Assembly (NCBI GenBank): GCA_008632985.1
Contig: QPGO01000001.1
Coordinates: 962,404 to 1,026,403, forward strand
DNA: 64,000 nt
Direction: 5' to 3'
Source of the DNA: Psammoneis japonica
Lineage: Eukaryota
Of the stretch, positions 21,643 through 34,225 are shown piece after piece; position 1 is the stretch's first letter, and each line of letters begins with the position of its first letter. Made by a program: the position numbers and the translations under genes. A model generated the notes under the pieces. The model searched no databases. It saw nothing but the letters and a program-made list of their open reading frames with translations, and had not been told where the DNA came from.

Positions 21643-23688
21643 ATGCATTGGATCACCTGGATACTCTTTATAGCGTTGATGCAGGTTCAAGTGGACGCCC
21701 TCGTTGCACCCAGTGCGTCAAAAAGCAGCTTGCACCACGACTTTCCATTTGTTCATTCATCGATTGCAGCTATTCTCCGGTGCGAATCGGTAGTACCGGA
21801 CATCCAGCGCACAAACCAATGGCAAATCGACAAGTACACTCTCAGTATACGTATCAATACAGACCATCAAAATGATGCTTCTAAAGTCATTTGCAACACA
21901 AGTTTGATAGAGTTAGCGCACGCGTGTGACGACGCTGTCTTTTCTGAAAATCGTCCACAGCCCGTGTTTGGTGATGACGACTCATTCATGGAGGGATTGG
22001 TGACAATGGCAATGTCCGGTAGACAGAGCCATGTTCTATTGGCATCCTTGGTAGCAATGAATGGCTTGGAATCGGCAATTCGAGCATCAACCGGTCACGT
22101 CACGGGTCGAGCTCCACTGTTGAAACAAATGATTGCAAAGGTACCGCACGACTTTTCCTCCATCCTTGAGACATTATTGTTACCGACACCAGGTTTGAAT
22201 TTGAGGAATTTACTATGGCATGGGTGTATTTCAACTATTCCACGGCCATGGCTAGCCTTGATATTGGTATTGATTCATCAGCTTGAGACGGATTCAAACA
22301 ACATTCTCGGTGTTGAACACAAAACACCGACGATTCGCGTCAATCTCAAGGACTATGATCAGCTAAGGCCCATATTGTCACGTGGAGAGGTTCTCATGAT
22401 GGTTCCAGACAATGAATTTGCTAACTTGGTCAAAGCCTGGTTGTCTCCTTCTCATCACGACTTGTGGGACTTGGCCGTGGAGCTCATGATGGCCCACGAA
22501 AAGCCAGCTTGCCTCTTGTCTCTACTGAGTGTTTTGCTGGAGCACGGACTTCGACAAGAATGGTGCCGCGTCAATCATCAACCTTTGGATGCCATTGCTC
22601 GTCCGGGTGCCTACTTTGTTACCCTTGATGGCCATGGCCAACGACAACAGCACAATCTACTTTTGCATCCATACTTGTATCTTGACGATGGTTCGGAGAA
22701 GCCCAATTCTCTTGTACATGAATTGGGTGGACCAACAATTGCTCTGCTGAGCGATATGTATTGTTCATCTTGTGGCGGTCCCAATATTCGCGCCGGTCTA
22801 TCGCATGGCATGTTTGATGCGTACCTCGAGGCGGAGGTTTCAACAAGTCAGGACAGCAATAAGGGCAATGATTTTTTGTGGGATGTAGCTCGAGCCGTGT
22901 GTGTAGCACTCGAGGGAGCTGCAAAATCACCTTCGTTAGAGCTGCGTCGGTATAGACCAGTCTTTTCCTTTTCGGCTACTGTGAACCGAGATGCTCAAAA
23001 TACGCTGATCCAGCTGGAGCGCCTGTACGTTTATCAAACATCAGAGGGCTGTAGCCGCAATACTCCGACAAGCGCTGATGACGATCTATTGCATCTCGGT
23101 GTATCCATGGAGTCGCTGAAACAAGGATTCAAACAAGTTCTGTCCTTTTCTGGTAATGACTCTGATTGGGACGCGCAGGCTACTTTTTCGGAGCATGATT
23201 GCAATGTGAAACTAGCGTCTTGTACTGCTGCTCGAACTCTTCTTGGTGACGTGGCAACAGCTTCAGCTGCCTTTGTCAATATCTTGGAAGAGTCCTTTGC
23301 TGCGGACTCTGAACAAGCCGGAAAGCTAACTTCAAGTCGAAAGCTCAAACGACGAAAGAGACTTTGCGACTTGACGTCATTTGTGACGACAATGTATTCC
23401 TTCTTTGCATACGTAGCCTTGCTCTCCATGAAGCAACAAATGCAGCATGAGCAATCCGATGCTTCACTTTCTCCTTCACTGTTGCTCAAGGCGGTAGAAC
23501 GATCGAGAATGTGCGTTTCTACAATGGCAACCTTTGTGGTCACAAACAGCGACCGTGCAGTCAAAGCAGCAAGGGAATACAGTCGGGGCAATGCCGTTTA
23601 CACAATAGTACGGCATGCAAAGCTTAATCGCAATGTGGAAGATCTGATTGAACGTCAAGGAACCAAAGGAAACGAAAAGACACTCTAG
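21643..23688 (+). CDS. ERMARD/DUF4209-domain protein (681 aa), possible N-terminal signal peptide
   Basis: Long intact ORF; motifs 'GLNLRNLLWHG' and 'GPNIRAGLSHG' typical of ERMARD-like HEPN-related domains. Confidence 0.75.
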   Translation: MHWITWILFIALMQVQVDALVAPSASKSSLHHDFPFVHSSIAAILRCESVVPDIQRTNQWQIDKYTLSIRINTDHQNDASKVICNTSLIELAHACDDAVFSENRPQPVFGDDDSFMEGLVTMAMSGRQSHVLLASLVAMNGLESAIRASTGHVTGRAPLLKQMIAKVPHDFSSILETLLLPTPGLNLRNLLWHGCISTIPRPWLALILVLIHQLETDSNNILGVEHKTPTIRVNLKDYDQLRPILSRGEVLMMVPDNEFANLVKAWLSPSHHDLWDLAVELMMAHEKPACLLSLLSVLLEHGLRQEWCRVNHQPLDAIARPGAYFVTLDGHGQRQQHNLLLHPYLYLDDGSEKPNSLVHELGGPTIALLSDMYCSSCGGPNIRAGLSHGMFDAYLEAEVSTSQDSNKGNDFLWDVARAVCVALEGAAKSPSLELRRYRPVFSFSATVNRDAQNTLIQLERLYVYQTSEGCSRNTPTSADDDLLHLGVSMESLKQGFKQVLSFSGNDSDWDAQATFSEHDCNVKLASCTAARTLLGDVATASAAFVNILEESFAADSEQAGKLTSSRKLKRRKRLCDLTSFVTTMYSFFAYVALLSMKQQMQHEQSDASLSPSLLLKAVERSRMCVSTMATFVVTNSDRAVKAAREYSRGNAVYTIVRHAKLNRNVEDLIERQGTKGNEKTL

Positions 23689-24450
23689 GCGACGACTCTA
23701 CAAGAAGATGATCTGTCATAGTGCGCTCGGGATCCGACGGTCGGCGCCGATGATTAGCGCAAAGATTGGACTGAGATCGACAGTCCTCTACTACTTGTAA
23801 AAAGCCGGACATTGGGCAATAGCGGTCGCGGATTCAATGTGTTTAAAGGGAGGAACGAGGCAAAGTGCATGCTCGCAAAGAAGTGATTAGTCTAGGCACA
23901 ATGCCTCAACGACAATGGAAAGAGCTAGGTTGAGTTCATATGAGAACGTTGTGCGATCCCTCCGAGCTGATCTCAATTCCGTTTCTGTAGCCGTTCGCGG
24001 ACTATTACCCGTCGACCCTTAAGGAACACAGTTGCGAACTTTTGTATCGAGGAGGGGAAGCATCTTGTACAACCTGATTCTTTCATTCAGGAAACGTGTC
24101 GATTCGAAATAGAGTGGCCAAAGATTTTTCTGGTCTTCTTTTATGGGTCGGCAGTTGTGCTGCATAAGAACATGTTCTAAGAAGCAGAAATGTACCCAAC
24201 AGCCATAGAAAACTGCAAGGTTCACGAAATTTGGTGGTCTCTCCACTCCGCTGTTCGTCCCTTTATGGCATCGACCAACGAGTGCCCTGCAACCGATTTC
24301 TTCCTCCATCGCACCAAGAAGTATGGGATTCTTGTCAATGGTGTTTTAGAATTCTATTGTTGAATTCCTAGTCGCTGTTTGAAGACATGGTATCTCGACA
24401 CAAACAACCGGAATGAGAAAAGAGCTAACAAAAGCAATGCAATCGAATGT

Positions 24451-27400
24451 TTATTCTTGATTTAACGTAAATGCATATGCAGATCCCGAATCTGTTGCTT
24501 CGTTGGCATCCCTCCGAAACGCACCAATCCCGACTACAGTTCCATCTTCTGACGATGACACGGAATATCCAAATAAATCTAGTGCGGCCTCACCGTTTAA
24601 GCGATTGTTCCGCTGACTCCATTCCTTTTTGCTGGTGTTGCATTGAAAGGGGCGCCAACTCCTCACAGATTAAGTCGGTCCCACCACAGATTAAAAAAAT
24701 TTTAGGAATCTGCTTTTTCAGAATCTGCTTCTTCAACTTCTTCAATTGGCAAAAGGCCAATGAAATTCCACTCCCTATCGATTTAACCAGACAATCTTCT
24801 GTTGCAAGCAGCAAGATTCTACGTTACTGTATGCCAAGTTAGTAGCACCTTCGCCACGTGCAAATCCACCACCTGGGACGACCATGACCGATGCATCGAC
24901 ACATCGACGCGATGCGCCCCCTTCTGGTAGAATTAGGAGGAATAAGCTTTTCCATTAAATTCTCCATATTAACATTAATCTAACATGGTTCGACTGCGGC
25001 CTTAGCCTTTACTATAGATGACTTATGCCTTGCATTTGTGACCACACAACACAAGCATGATAAAACGATCCGCTGTGTTCTGCACATAAGATACGTAGAA
25101 GGGAGGAAAAAACGTGACTATTCAATCCACCATATTTTCATTAGCCATACACGGTTCTGATTTTGCCTTAGCCACCACTTTAGTCGCCTTATGATTTGTA
25201 TCTGTGACGAAACGACACAAGAACAGTACTTTTCACGACAAACAATCTGTTGTACTAGTATTCTGCACATAAGCTACCATGTTTCATCTTATTTTTATGT
25301 TATAGATCACATTCAATCAATATTATCGACTACATTGACTTGTGTCATGATTGATTGACAATTGCCGTCATAAAATGGATTCGAACGCGCCATTGCGTGT
25401 CTTGCCCATATTTTGTTTGTCGCGGTCGATTGCAGCCGGTGTTGTTATCGCGTGGGTCCGTACATACGTGGTTTGACGTAGAAATGTATGTTATAAGTTT
25501 CCGACCGCGGGGGAGGGGACGACGAGTCCCGCGAACGACAAGGAACCCACGCTGAGTCTTGGATTCCTATTTTACGACTAATCTGTGAGGGGACAAAATT
25601 AATCTGTCAGGGGTATTTTCCCCATTGAAAGATTGCAACTTGACCAGATAAAATCAAGCCAGCGGCGTTGTGAAAGGGACTTCCGACAGCAACGACGTTT
25701 CCATTTCCGCTTAGAGATACAGAAGAACCAAACCAATCACCTCCTTGTTGCGTAGTCAGAACTTCACCACGTGGTGCCCATGTCGAAGTTGTACGGTCGT
25801 GCTCAAAAACAAGAACTCTCCCGATTGACGTGTCGTCAGAAAACCTTCCTGGCGCACCCACTGCCATGACCAAACCCGTGTCGTCAAGAGAAACAGAATA
25901 GCGAAAATCCCCTTCACTGACTTGTCCGTCGATTAAATCACCCAATGGTCGCCACAAAGACGATGTAGGATTGTACTCGAAAGCCGACACTTCACCAGCA
26001 ATACGTCCTCCGCTATCATCCTTATATCGCCCTCCTACGGATACTATGTCTCCCGATATACTCAAAGAAACTGAAACTCCAAACTGGCTATTAGCGGCTT
26101 GTCCAATAAGCGACTGCCCAAGTTGTCTCCAGGATAACGTGCCGCGATTGTATATAAAAATTCGAACTGATCCAGAGATATTGCCGTTATCCGTGCTTTC
26201 CCTAGGAGCCCCGATGGCAACAATGTCACCCACATCCGAGAGAGACACCGAGAACCCCCCCGACTGATCATCAGCTGTTTGTGCAATGTCACTACCGAGC
26301 TGGACCCAACGTTGCAAGTCATCATTGTATTCGAACACTCGAGCATGACCTGCATCTTCTCCTCTACCGTCATTCCCTGGCCCGCCAACTGCTAGAATTG
26401 TGCCGTTACCATTCAAGGCTATCAGCAGCGGCATCTCCCACCAATTCTTGACCCATTTGTGTCCACTGCTGGGTTTCTTGATTGTATCGAACCACGGAAA
26501 CATAACCGGCATTGATTGAAGAATTATATTGAATCGCTCCAACCGCCATGATGGTGCCATCTCGAGACATGGAGACAGAGCTGCCAAAAAAGTCGTCTTC
26601 AGCCTTACCATTCAAAACTTGCCCAAGTGGTTGCCATGGCAGCCTGGTTTCAACCAAACTGTCAAAGATGTTATTTCCGGTGGCAGCACCTGCTGCTTTG
26701 AGGTCGCTTGTGTAGGCTGATCTTCTAGCGGCAGTTTTAAACGCCAAGGTTGAATATTAAGCTCGGTGTTCTTGGACGAATACGTCACGGCTTGCCTGTA
26801 AGTGACGTGCAAGGCGTCAGGCGCGTTGAAACTCGTCACAACTCTTGTTAAAGTTACCTCCAGGTCAGTCTCCACATCTTGTATGTCAAGAATAGTTTGC
26901 AAACGGCCGCGACTGTTGTAAAAGCTTTCGATGTAAAGCTTTGTCGCATTCGTCCATAACTCAGAGTCCAAACTATCAAAGGTTTCATTCACACCAACCA
27001 AACTCAAAACCACTCCAGCTGTTTCTTCCTTAACTGTGGTGGTGTGCTGGGTGTCGCCGCCACTGTCTTTTGTGATAGCTGACACTACTACTACAACGAG
27101 ACCAACCGCAAGAAGCAAAACTCCCAGAGCAAGAAAGCAATTGCGACGGCGCTTCCTTTTGTCCTCCTCATCATGAGCAACCTCTGCATGAGCGACAGGC
27201 ATTGAACGCCTGAGAAACATGTTCTCTTGTTCCAACCGGGCATAATCTTCATCAGTCGCACGCGCAAGTTGTGCCTCCAAGAGCACAGTGTCATCCTCAT
27301 GAGAAGGAGGAGCAATAGAGAATGGTGGCACAGAAAGCGCGTCTGAAATGGAGGGGGGGGGGTTCACTGTCGTCAACTTCTTCGCAACGTCGGACCTCGC

Positions 27401-27850
27401 CATCATGATTGACGGCAAACGCACCCGTTTCTGCTGCTTCTAGTTCTTCGAGTTGTCAACAGCATCATTCTCCTGTCCATGAGGCTGTGCTCCAGGAACT
27501 TGGCTTCGAGGAGTTGTGGACTTTTCTGCAGGCGCGTGTTTTTGCTTGAACTCACCAGCAGATGAAGAGATTGCCTGTTCTTGCGTGGGGAGTTGATGAC
27601 TGGATCGGTGCTTCTTCTTCTTCTTCTTTGCTTCTTGGTTCTGGCTGGAGGCAAAGGAATCTTTCATCCGAGACACGTGATGGTCATTTTCTTTCGATTT
27701 CCCCTTGATTTCTTTTTCTTCTTGGCACGAATGCTGCTGCTTCAGTTTCAGTGCCATCGACGTCGTCTCGTTCTCTCTTCTGCCACTCCCATCAAATGCC
27801 TCGTCATCATCCTTGCTGAGCCGTGTCAATCGATTGTCAGAGAGATTCAT
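24451..27850 (-). pseudogene. Single-pass membrane protein with FG-GAP-like beta-propeller repeats; frameshifted and interrupted by a MULE-like insertion
   Basis: TM segment 'CFLALGVLLLAVGLVVVVVSA'; repeats W.QLG..l.G....D.FG.SVSLS..G..vAVGAP spread over ORFs 26406..26747, 25607..26611 and 24451..24666. Confidence 0.75.
24650..25622. mobile_element. Non-autonomous Mutator-like (MULE) element, 973 bp, with 9-bp target-site duplication
   Basis: TSD CATTGAAAG at 24641-24649 and 25623-25631; GGG...CCC ends; imperfect ~45-bp TIRs with repeated ACAGATTA. Removal rejoins 'AIFQ' to 'CNTSKKEWSQ'. Confidence 0.85.
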
Positions 27851-28284
27851 GGTTCTTGCTGCTCAGCTGCACTTCTGACTGTTTGATGCAATGACATGTG
27901 AGACGCAACATGAATGAAGCGACCTGCGGGAAAAAGATTCCAAGACTCGAACACGGCAAACAACAGCTCACTTCCTTTTTTTTTCTGGAAACATTTTTGT
28001 CCTCTTTCAAATCACAATGTTCCTTCCCCTGGAGTGCGGTGTCAGGAACTTCAAGTTGAAGCGTGAGAGCCGGTTGCGCGCATGCCCACAGACAACAGAC
28101 GAACGCTGGAAATCATGCAACACGCACCTCACGATGCCGGGCTGCAAAACAATGAGGATGGTGGAATTTTTTTTGTCGTGTGCTGCTGCTGCATGTGATG
28201 CTTTGCAGGAAACATTGGATTGCAGGCCTCCCCTCTGCCCGTGGGATTTCCTTCCTGCCTTGGCCACCACCCCCCCACTCCTCA

Positions 28285-28552
28285 AGCTGGCCTGTTCCAG
28301 CTCCAGGTGCTCCGCGTGGGTTCGATTCCCATCATTTGGAAATTTGCGCATTCAGCGCAATTGACTTTTTCAAAATCCGTTTTTTGCCAAATCGAAGGGC
28401 AAGTGTGCACTTTGCATGCATTTTTGGGTGTGCACTTGCCTTTTGATTTTCGAAACGATCAAAGTTGAAGGAGTTGTTTGCACCAAACTGCGCAGAAAAT
28501 CGGCCTCTCGCGTGATGAAAAGTGGATCACCTGGAGCTGGAACAGGCCAGCT
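28285..28552. mobile_element. MITE, 268 bp, perfect 25-bp terminal inverted repeat
   Basis: agctggcctgttccagctccaggtg (28285-28309) and cacctggagctggaacaggccagct (28528-28552). Confidence 0.85.
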
Positions 28553-30139
28553 GTGCATCCACAGGAGCACGCAATGCATGATGTGGGTGATCTCTGCTTC
28601 ATGCCAACATGGTTCCCACAAAACTCAAAGTTTCCACTTTGAGCTCCTTCCATGCAGGAGAGAAGGGCCACTCCATGGGCAAAAAGATGATTGCACTGGC
28701 ACTTGATGGGCGAGGGCAGCAAAAGGCAAAGTTTTCCCTGCACCAAGACCAACATTGGCCCAGCTCCACTCACCCTGCCATCATTGCCAAGTCTGCCTGC
28801 AAACAAGACCCTGCTGTTGACTCTAATTTGGGCCAACCACTCTGTGCCCATGGTGACAAGAATGACAGTGCTGCTGCTGAGCAGAGTGCAGAGACCGCTT
28901 TTCTGTTGGCTGTCATTGGCATGTTTGCTGCCAAACAAAAGTGATGTTGAGCTGATGAGCAGACCTCTGTTGGTGCATTGTCATGCACATGGCTCTGCCT
29001 GGGGCTGGAGAACATTTCTTTTGCACAGAAGAAGACCCTGCAAACAATGAGCCTCTCTCCTGTCGAAACATGGGCAATGACAGAAAATGAAGGCAAACGG
29101 CAAGAATTCAAACAACAACTCCTTGCTGCTGTCTAAATGGCAGATGAGTCTCCGCTCAGAGACTGTTGCAGGAGCCGAAAGACGTGTGGGTCGGTGCAAT
29201 CGGGCTACTGTCATTGTTCTTGTGAGCCTTGTGGCTCGAAAGCAAACTACATCGCGCGTGAACGCGCGGAACTAAAGCACACAAAACTGTGCGCGGTAAA
29301 CTAAACAGCGCGCGATGCTTTGCGCGCATCCAAATCCTGTTCAAATCCTGTCAGGCAAAGCACAGTGGACAAAGCTTGGCCGTGTCAAGCTGTCATGCTG
29401 CACTTGATGTCATTGACAGAGAGCAACAAGATGTCAAGCTGAGCATCAGCAATGCATGGCAATGACGGGCTTGAGACCATCATGCCTGTGTGCAAGCTGT
29501 GCCCCTGCACGACTTCTTTTTTGCGCGTGAACAAAAAAGGCCAGAGCAGCAGGCCCAGATGCCTGCTGCCTCTTTGCAGGTTGCTCTGGGGTCATGGATC
29601 ACAGGTTCACCGGCAAGAACATGTGGAAAAAGCAAAAGGAGGACTGAAATCAAAATCTGGTGCTTTGCCTTTCTCCCAGTTCATTTTTAATTTCATTCAA
29701 ACTCGCATTTTGTAGCAGTTGTAGTTGTGGACCGCCCCCGCGTCTGTCTGCTATCCACAGATTGCCGTGCGAAGGACGTGCCGCGTGACGACCGGAAGGC
29801 TTGAACATCTTGTCATCATCGAGGATCAAGCAAGAACATCACAACTTGGATCTTCGTTGTTCTTTTCATTTTCTACGATCAATCAAGAACATCATCGCTG
29901 GTCGACATTGTGGATCTTCATTGTTCTTCGCAACAATCTTCTCACAACTTTCGATTTGGGGGAAGACAGCTAGGGCTAACACTCTTCATCCTGGTCGATA
30001 GAGACCTTCCCTTTCGCTGTGTAAGACTGTCTTTCTGTTGGAAGTCGAAGGTCCTCTGTTTACACGCAAGAGATGTACTCCCACTCTTCTAAGGGAGGTG
30101 CTGCTGCAAGCGACCGTTCCACCAGGAGTGAAGCTATCA

Positions 30140-32618
30140 TGAGCCACGCGACGCCCGGGTCTATGTCGTACGCCTTCAATGCCTCTCCTTTAACGGAGCT
30201 TCCTTTCGCAACATCTACTTCTTGAATGGGCCGGCCATTTCGAGCACTGACCCTGCCATGGGCACCGCGGCCCTTCTTCTCCTGTACAGTGTCTTGTGGA
30301 TGACAATGTCGAACCGTACCGCCGGTCGTCCAAGTAAGGTCCCTTCCACGATGCACTGCGTGGTCTGTGGGTGGGGGAGCGGCCCTGGTATTTGCAGCCC
30401 TCGCGGCACGTCAGTTTTCCCACCGTGACATGTTTCAACATTCACAAGCCTATCATCCTACCCATTGGCGCTGGGGTATGTTCTTGAACGCGTTGAGTGC
30501 TGTATTGCTGTCGGCGAGGGCGTTGAGTGGCGTGAAACGTGCAAAGCTTGAGTCGATCCGCCTAGTAGGCTCCTGTTTCTTGGCTGTGGTGTTGGCTGGC
30601 CTTGTAGTAAGGTTTGCGTTTCCTGTGGCTGGTGGAGAGTCTTCCAAGCTGGGTCTGGCTCCAGATGAGCCGTTCTTTTCTCCTCAAGCTCCCTTACTGC
30701 CGACTCTGCCCTTTCGACGCACGTCGCAGTACGTAACCATGAGCGATGGAGTGGATCTTGCTGTTGATGTCTTTTTGCCTCCACTCGTTTCACAAGGACA
30801 AGCAAGCAATGAAGAAATAGAGTTCCCCACCTTTTTACATCTCACTCGATACCATCGGGCTGAGAAACGCTCTCTACTCTCAAAATTTGTCTATTTGTTT
30901 GGACATCCACCCAACGCGGATGGCATTTTTCCCATGCGATCCTTGCAGTATCTTAATCGGCTCGTTCCTGATGGTTATGCAGTGGTATCGGTCGATGTGC
31001 GTGGCACTGGTGCATCATTTGGCAGTCGTCCATTGGACTTGATTGATCGAGAAGTGCAAGACTTTGCCGAGTTGGCGGACTGGGTTAAGCAGCAACCATT
31101 CTGCAATGGGCGCATCCTGACTGGCGGCGTTTCCTACGACGGAATTACCGGTGCTCTCATGGCAGCCGCGGCGCACGATAATGGACCGGCTATTGATGCC
31201 GCTGCTCTCCTCTTTGCCCCTGGTGACATTTATGAAGACATTGCGTTTGTCGGGGGCATTCCAACCATTGGGTTCATCGAAATGTATGGCAAATTCACGA
31301 CAGCGTCTGAGAACAACGTCCCCGTCAACGATGTTGATAACGAGTTGTCAGCATCATTCAAGCTCATTAGCAACTGGGGATTTTCAGGTGTGGCTCCAGT
31401 TCAGGGGCCTGATGCTCACGAGCGCTTGCGATTGGCAGTGATGGAACATAAGGACAACTTTGATATGGAGAGCAAAGCTCGGGATCCAAACGTCCATTAC
31501 AAGGATTCCACGCTTGTAATGACTTCTGATGGTCGCAAGCATACGCCGCGTGATATGGGCATTTCTACCGCCACGTTCGAGGGATTGTTACGGAACAACG
31601 TGTCGGTCTATTCGATTGCGGGCTACTACGACTCTGGATCTGTTCGATCCTCAGCTCGACTTCACAACTATCTCATTCGCAGGGGTGGGGATAGTAAGCT
31701 TACAATTGGGCCATGGACGCATGGAGCCCGGGCGGCGTGGACACCCTCCAAGGGAGCTGCCGCCACAAAGCCACAGTATCCCATCTTTGACGATGTCAAA
31801 CGCTTCTTCGATTGTAAGCTCAAAGATAACTGCTCAGCGCGAGGATATGACTTCCATGGCATTGATGAAGGACCGCCACTTCATTACTTTTTCAGCGGAT
31901 GGGATGAATAGCGTACGAGTCAAGACGAGTGGCCTCCCAAAGGCTTGAGAGAGTTCACCTCGAGCCTTAGTAACTTTAAGGTTGTGGATAATTCAAACGT
32001 GGTGCAAGGAGACAATGGCGAATCGGTGGCATACACGGTGGACTTTTCTGCAACTTCAGGATTGGTCAGTCGTTGGAATCTTGTTCAGCACCTGATGAAG
32101 AAGCCTGTGACGTATGCCGACCGTGTTCAACAGACTGCAAAGGCCCTTGTCTTTACCACGACGCTTCGCAATGGTTTGAAGATTGTTGGAAGCCCAAAAA
32201 TCGTCTTGTATATCGCGCTCGATGGCAAAGCTACTGATGCTGCCGTATTTGCGTACCTCGAAGAATACAACCCGGCGATGGGTGAAACGAATTACGTTAC
32301 AGAGGTAGCACTCCGTCTATCGCATCGCTCCACGAAAGCTCCAGGTGATCACCGTGTTGGTTCCTTTGAAAGCATTGAACGTACCTTCTTGGCAAAGGAT
32401 AGGAAGGCTTTAGTGCCAGGAGAGCTTACGCGCGTTGAACTCGTCATGGAGCCCGTAGCGTACGTTTTTGCGGAGTCAAGCACTTTGCGCTTTTAGTTCT
32501 TACAGGATCGGATGTGGACAACTTCTACATCGACAACCTCCCTGACTTGGCTTCGGAGTGGCGGGTTGATACGTCCAAGTCTCAGTTGGTTCTCCCGGTA
32601 CCCAATGGTCTACCGTAA
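30140..32618 (+). CDS. CocE/NonD (S15-like alpha/beta) hydrolase with N-terminal hydrophobic segments; disrupted as assembled
   Basis: 'MSDGVDLAVDVFLP', 'GYAVVSVDVRGTGASFG', nucleophile elbow 'GVSYDG', 'IGPWTHG'; C-terminal domain in ORF 31945..32496. In-frame TAG at 31909 and frameshifts near 30220, 30365 and 32492. True start uncertain. Confidence 0.8.
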
Positions 32619-32734
32619 AGCGGCAAGTGATAGCGATTACGTAGAATTAGGTTTAGGATGTAAAGTTTCACCTGATCATTTCTTATTAGTTGTCTCCGAT
32701 CTCGCAAGAGGGACTAGCGCGCACACGGTGTCAT

Positions 32735-34225
32735 CTACATCATTCCCCTTCCCATCCACGTCATGATGAGCCTCCGTCCAACCACGAGGACAAAGGCCCC
32801 AATCAAAACAGATCGCTTTTTCATAAAACCCCGAACAGAAGGTGACGAGCCCTCCTCCTTTTTGTCCTTGACCAGTTGTTTGTTTGAATCACCCTGATTA
32901 AGTTTCGACTTGGCTCTTGGCTTGAGTTCCAGTGTGCTGCTACTCTTTTTTTCCGATGTTTCCTTGTCAGACTTGAGCTTGTCTTTGACACCAGAAATAG
33001 ACTCTTTCAATTGCTCGCGTTTGGATGGAGTAGCAGACGGAGATTCAACTTTGTCGGTATTGTCACGTTTGGGTGGTACAATTTTGCTATCGGCAACAGA
33101 CTCCTGGCTCAATTCCGGCTCACGAGGCACAACCCTGCGAGGTATGGACAACCTTGCGGTGTTCATTCGCTCGACAGTTTGCTGTGAGGCCTTTTGTTGC
33201 AATAGCTGTCGCAACTCGTTTGTCTGTTCCTTTTCGTTGTTGTTCTCAAAGCTATACGTCTTTTTGAGAGACTGCAGAGCGTTTTGCTGCGCGCTTCGTG
33301 GTAGCGGCGGTTTTACAGGAGTTGATTTTTCGACGGATTTGCTCTGTGTTGTAGATGGAGCTGAAAGTTGCACCGGTGTGCCACCGTTAGCGGTGGCTTT
33401 AGGTGCCTGAGGAATGTTCGTATCCCTTGGAGATGTGCTTTGAGCTCTTTCGATGTTGCTCGTTCCTGCTAGTGTTGCAACTTGTACCGATTGGTCATTG
33501 CTAGGAATTACTGATGTTCCATTCTGTAGCAAGGCTACACTGCCCATGGTCTGAGCTCCTTCCAGCTGCGTTGGTTGAGCAGGTTTCTCCGGCTCACGTT
33601 TCTCGGGTGCATCCGCGATTGCAACTGGTGTAGACAGAGGCAACGTCGTAGTTTCAGCAGTTTGCTCCGCCACGATGAGGTTCTCTTTAGATGCTTCCAA
33701 CACTCTCGGCGTAGCAGCTGGAATGTCAGCCATGGCGTCTGTTTGAGCCTGCATTTCGGCTGCAGCGGCGAAAAGAGCCTCCTGAAATACCTTTTCCTTC
33801 TCAGCCTCCTTGTCACTGACTGAAACTGCTTCCTTTGCTCGCTCTTTCTTAATTTCTAGTTTCTTTTGAGAAACTTTGGGACTTTTAGTTTCCTTGGCAA
33901 CAGGATTACCGGTAGATTTCACTTTCTTGCCCGAGTTTGCCGCTGCCCCGGCGGCCAGCAAAGCCGCTGCTCCGGCGAGTACTTGCATGACAGACGACAT
34001 TTCTACGCCAGAAGGAACCATGTCAATTGGCGACACCTCCAACGATGTATCCCTAGCTCGTTGGTCCTCCTTATGTTCAATCATTAAATAGTCTTGCCGC
34101 TTCAATGTCGTCCATGGGGCTGATGCTGCGCGTGGCTGGGTACTCAAGAATTTTGATGTGCCACCAACCGACTGAAATGCACTGCAGACAGAACCCAGGC
34201 AGACAAACGCAACGAGGCTTTTCAT
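32735..34225 (-). CDS. Hypothetical 496-aa low-complexity protein, probably plastid-targeted, with C-terminal hydrophobic anchor
   Basis: Intact ORF; signal peptide ending 'VCSA-FQS' resembles the diatom ASAFAP motif. Confidence 0.7.
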   Translation of the reverse strand: MKSLVAFVCLGSVCSAFQSVGGTSKFLSTQPRAASAPWTTLKRQDYLMIEHKEDQRARDTSLEVSPIDMVPSGVEMSSVMQVLAGAAALLAAGAAANSGKKVKSTGNPVAKETKSPKVSQKKLEIKKERAKEAVSVSDKEAEKEKVFQEALFAAAAEMQAQTDAMADIPAATPRVLEASKENLIVAEQTAETTTLPLSTPVAIADAPEKREPEKPAQPTQLEGAQTMGSVALLQNGTSVIPSNDQSVQVATLAGTSNIERAQSTSPRDTNIPQAPKATANGGTPVQLSAPSTTQSKSVEKSTPVKPPLPRSAQQNALQSLKKTYSFENNNEKEQTNELRQLLQQKASQQTVERMNTARLSIPRRVVPREPELSQESVADSKIVPPKRDNTDKVESPSATPSKREQLKESISGVKDKLKSDKETSEKKSSSTLELKPRAKSKLNQGDSNKQLVKDKKEEGSSPSVRGFMKKRSVLIGAFVLVVGRRLIMTWMGRGMM

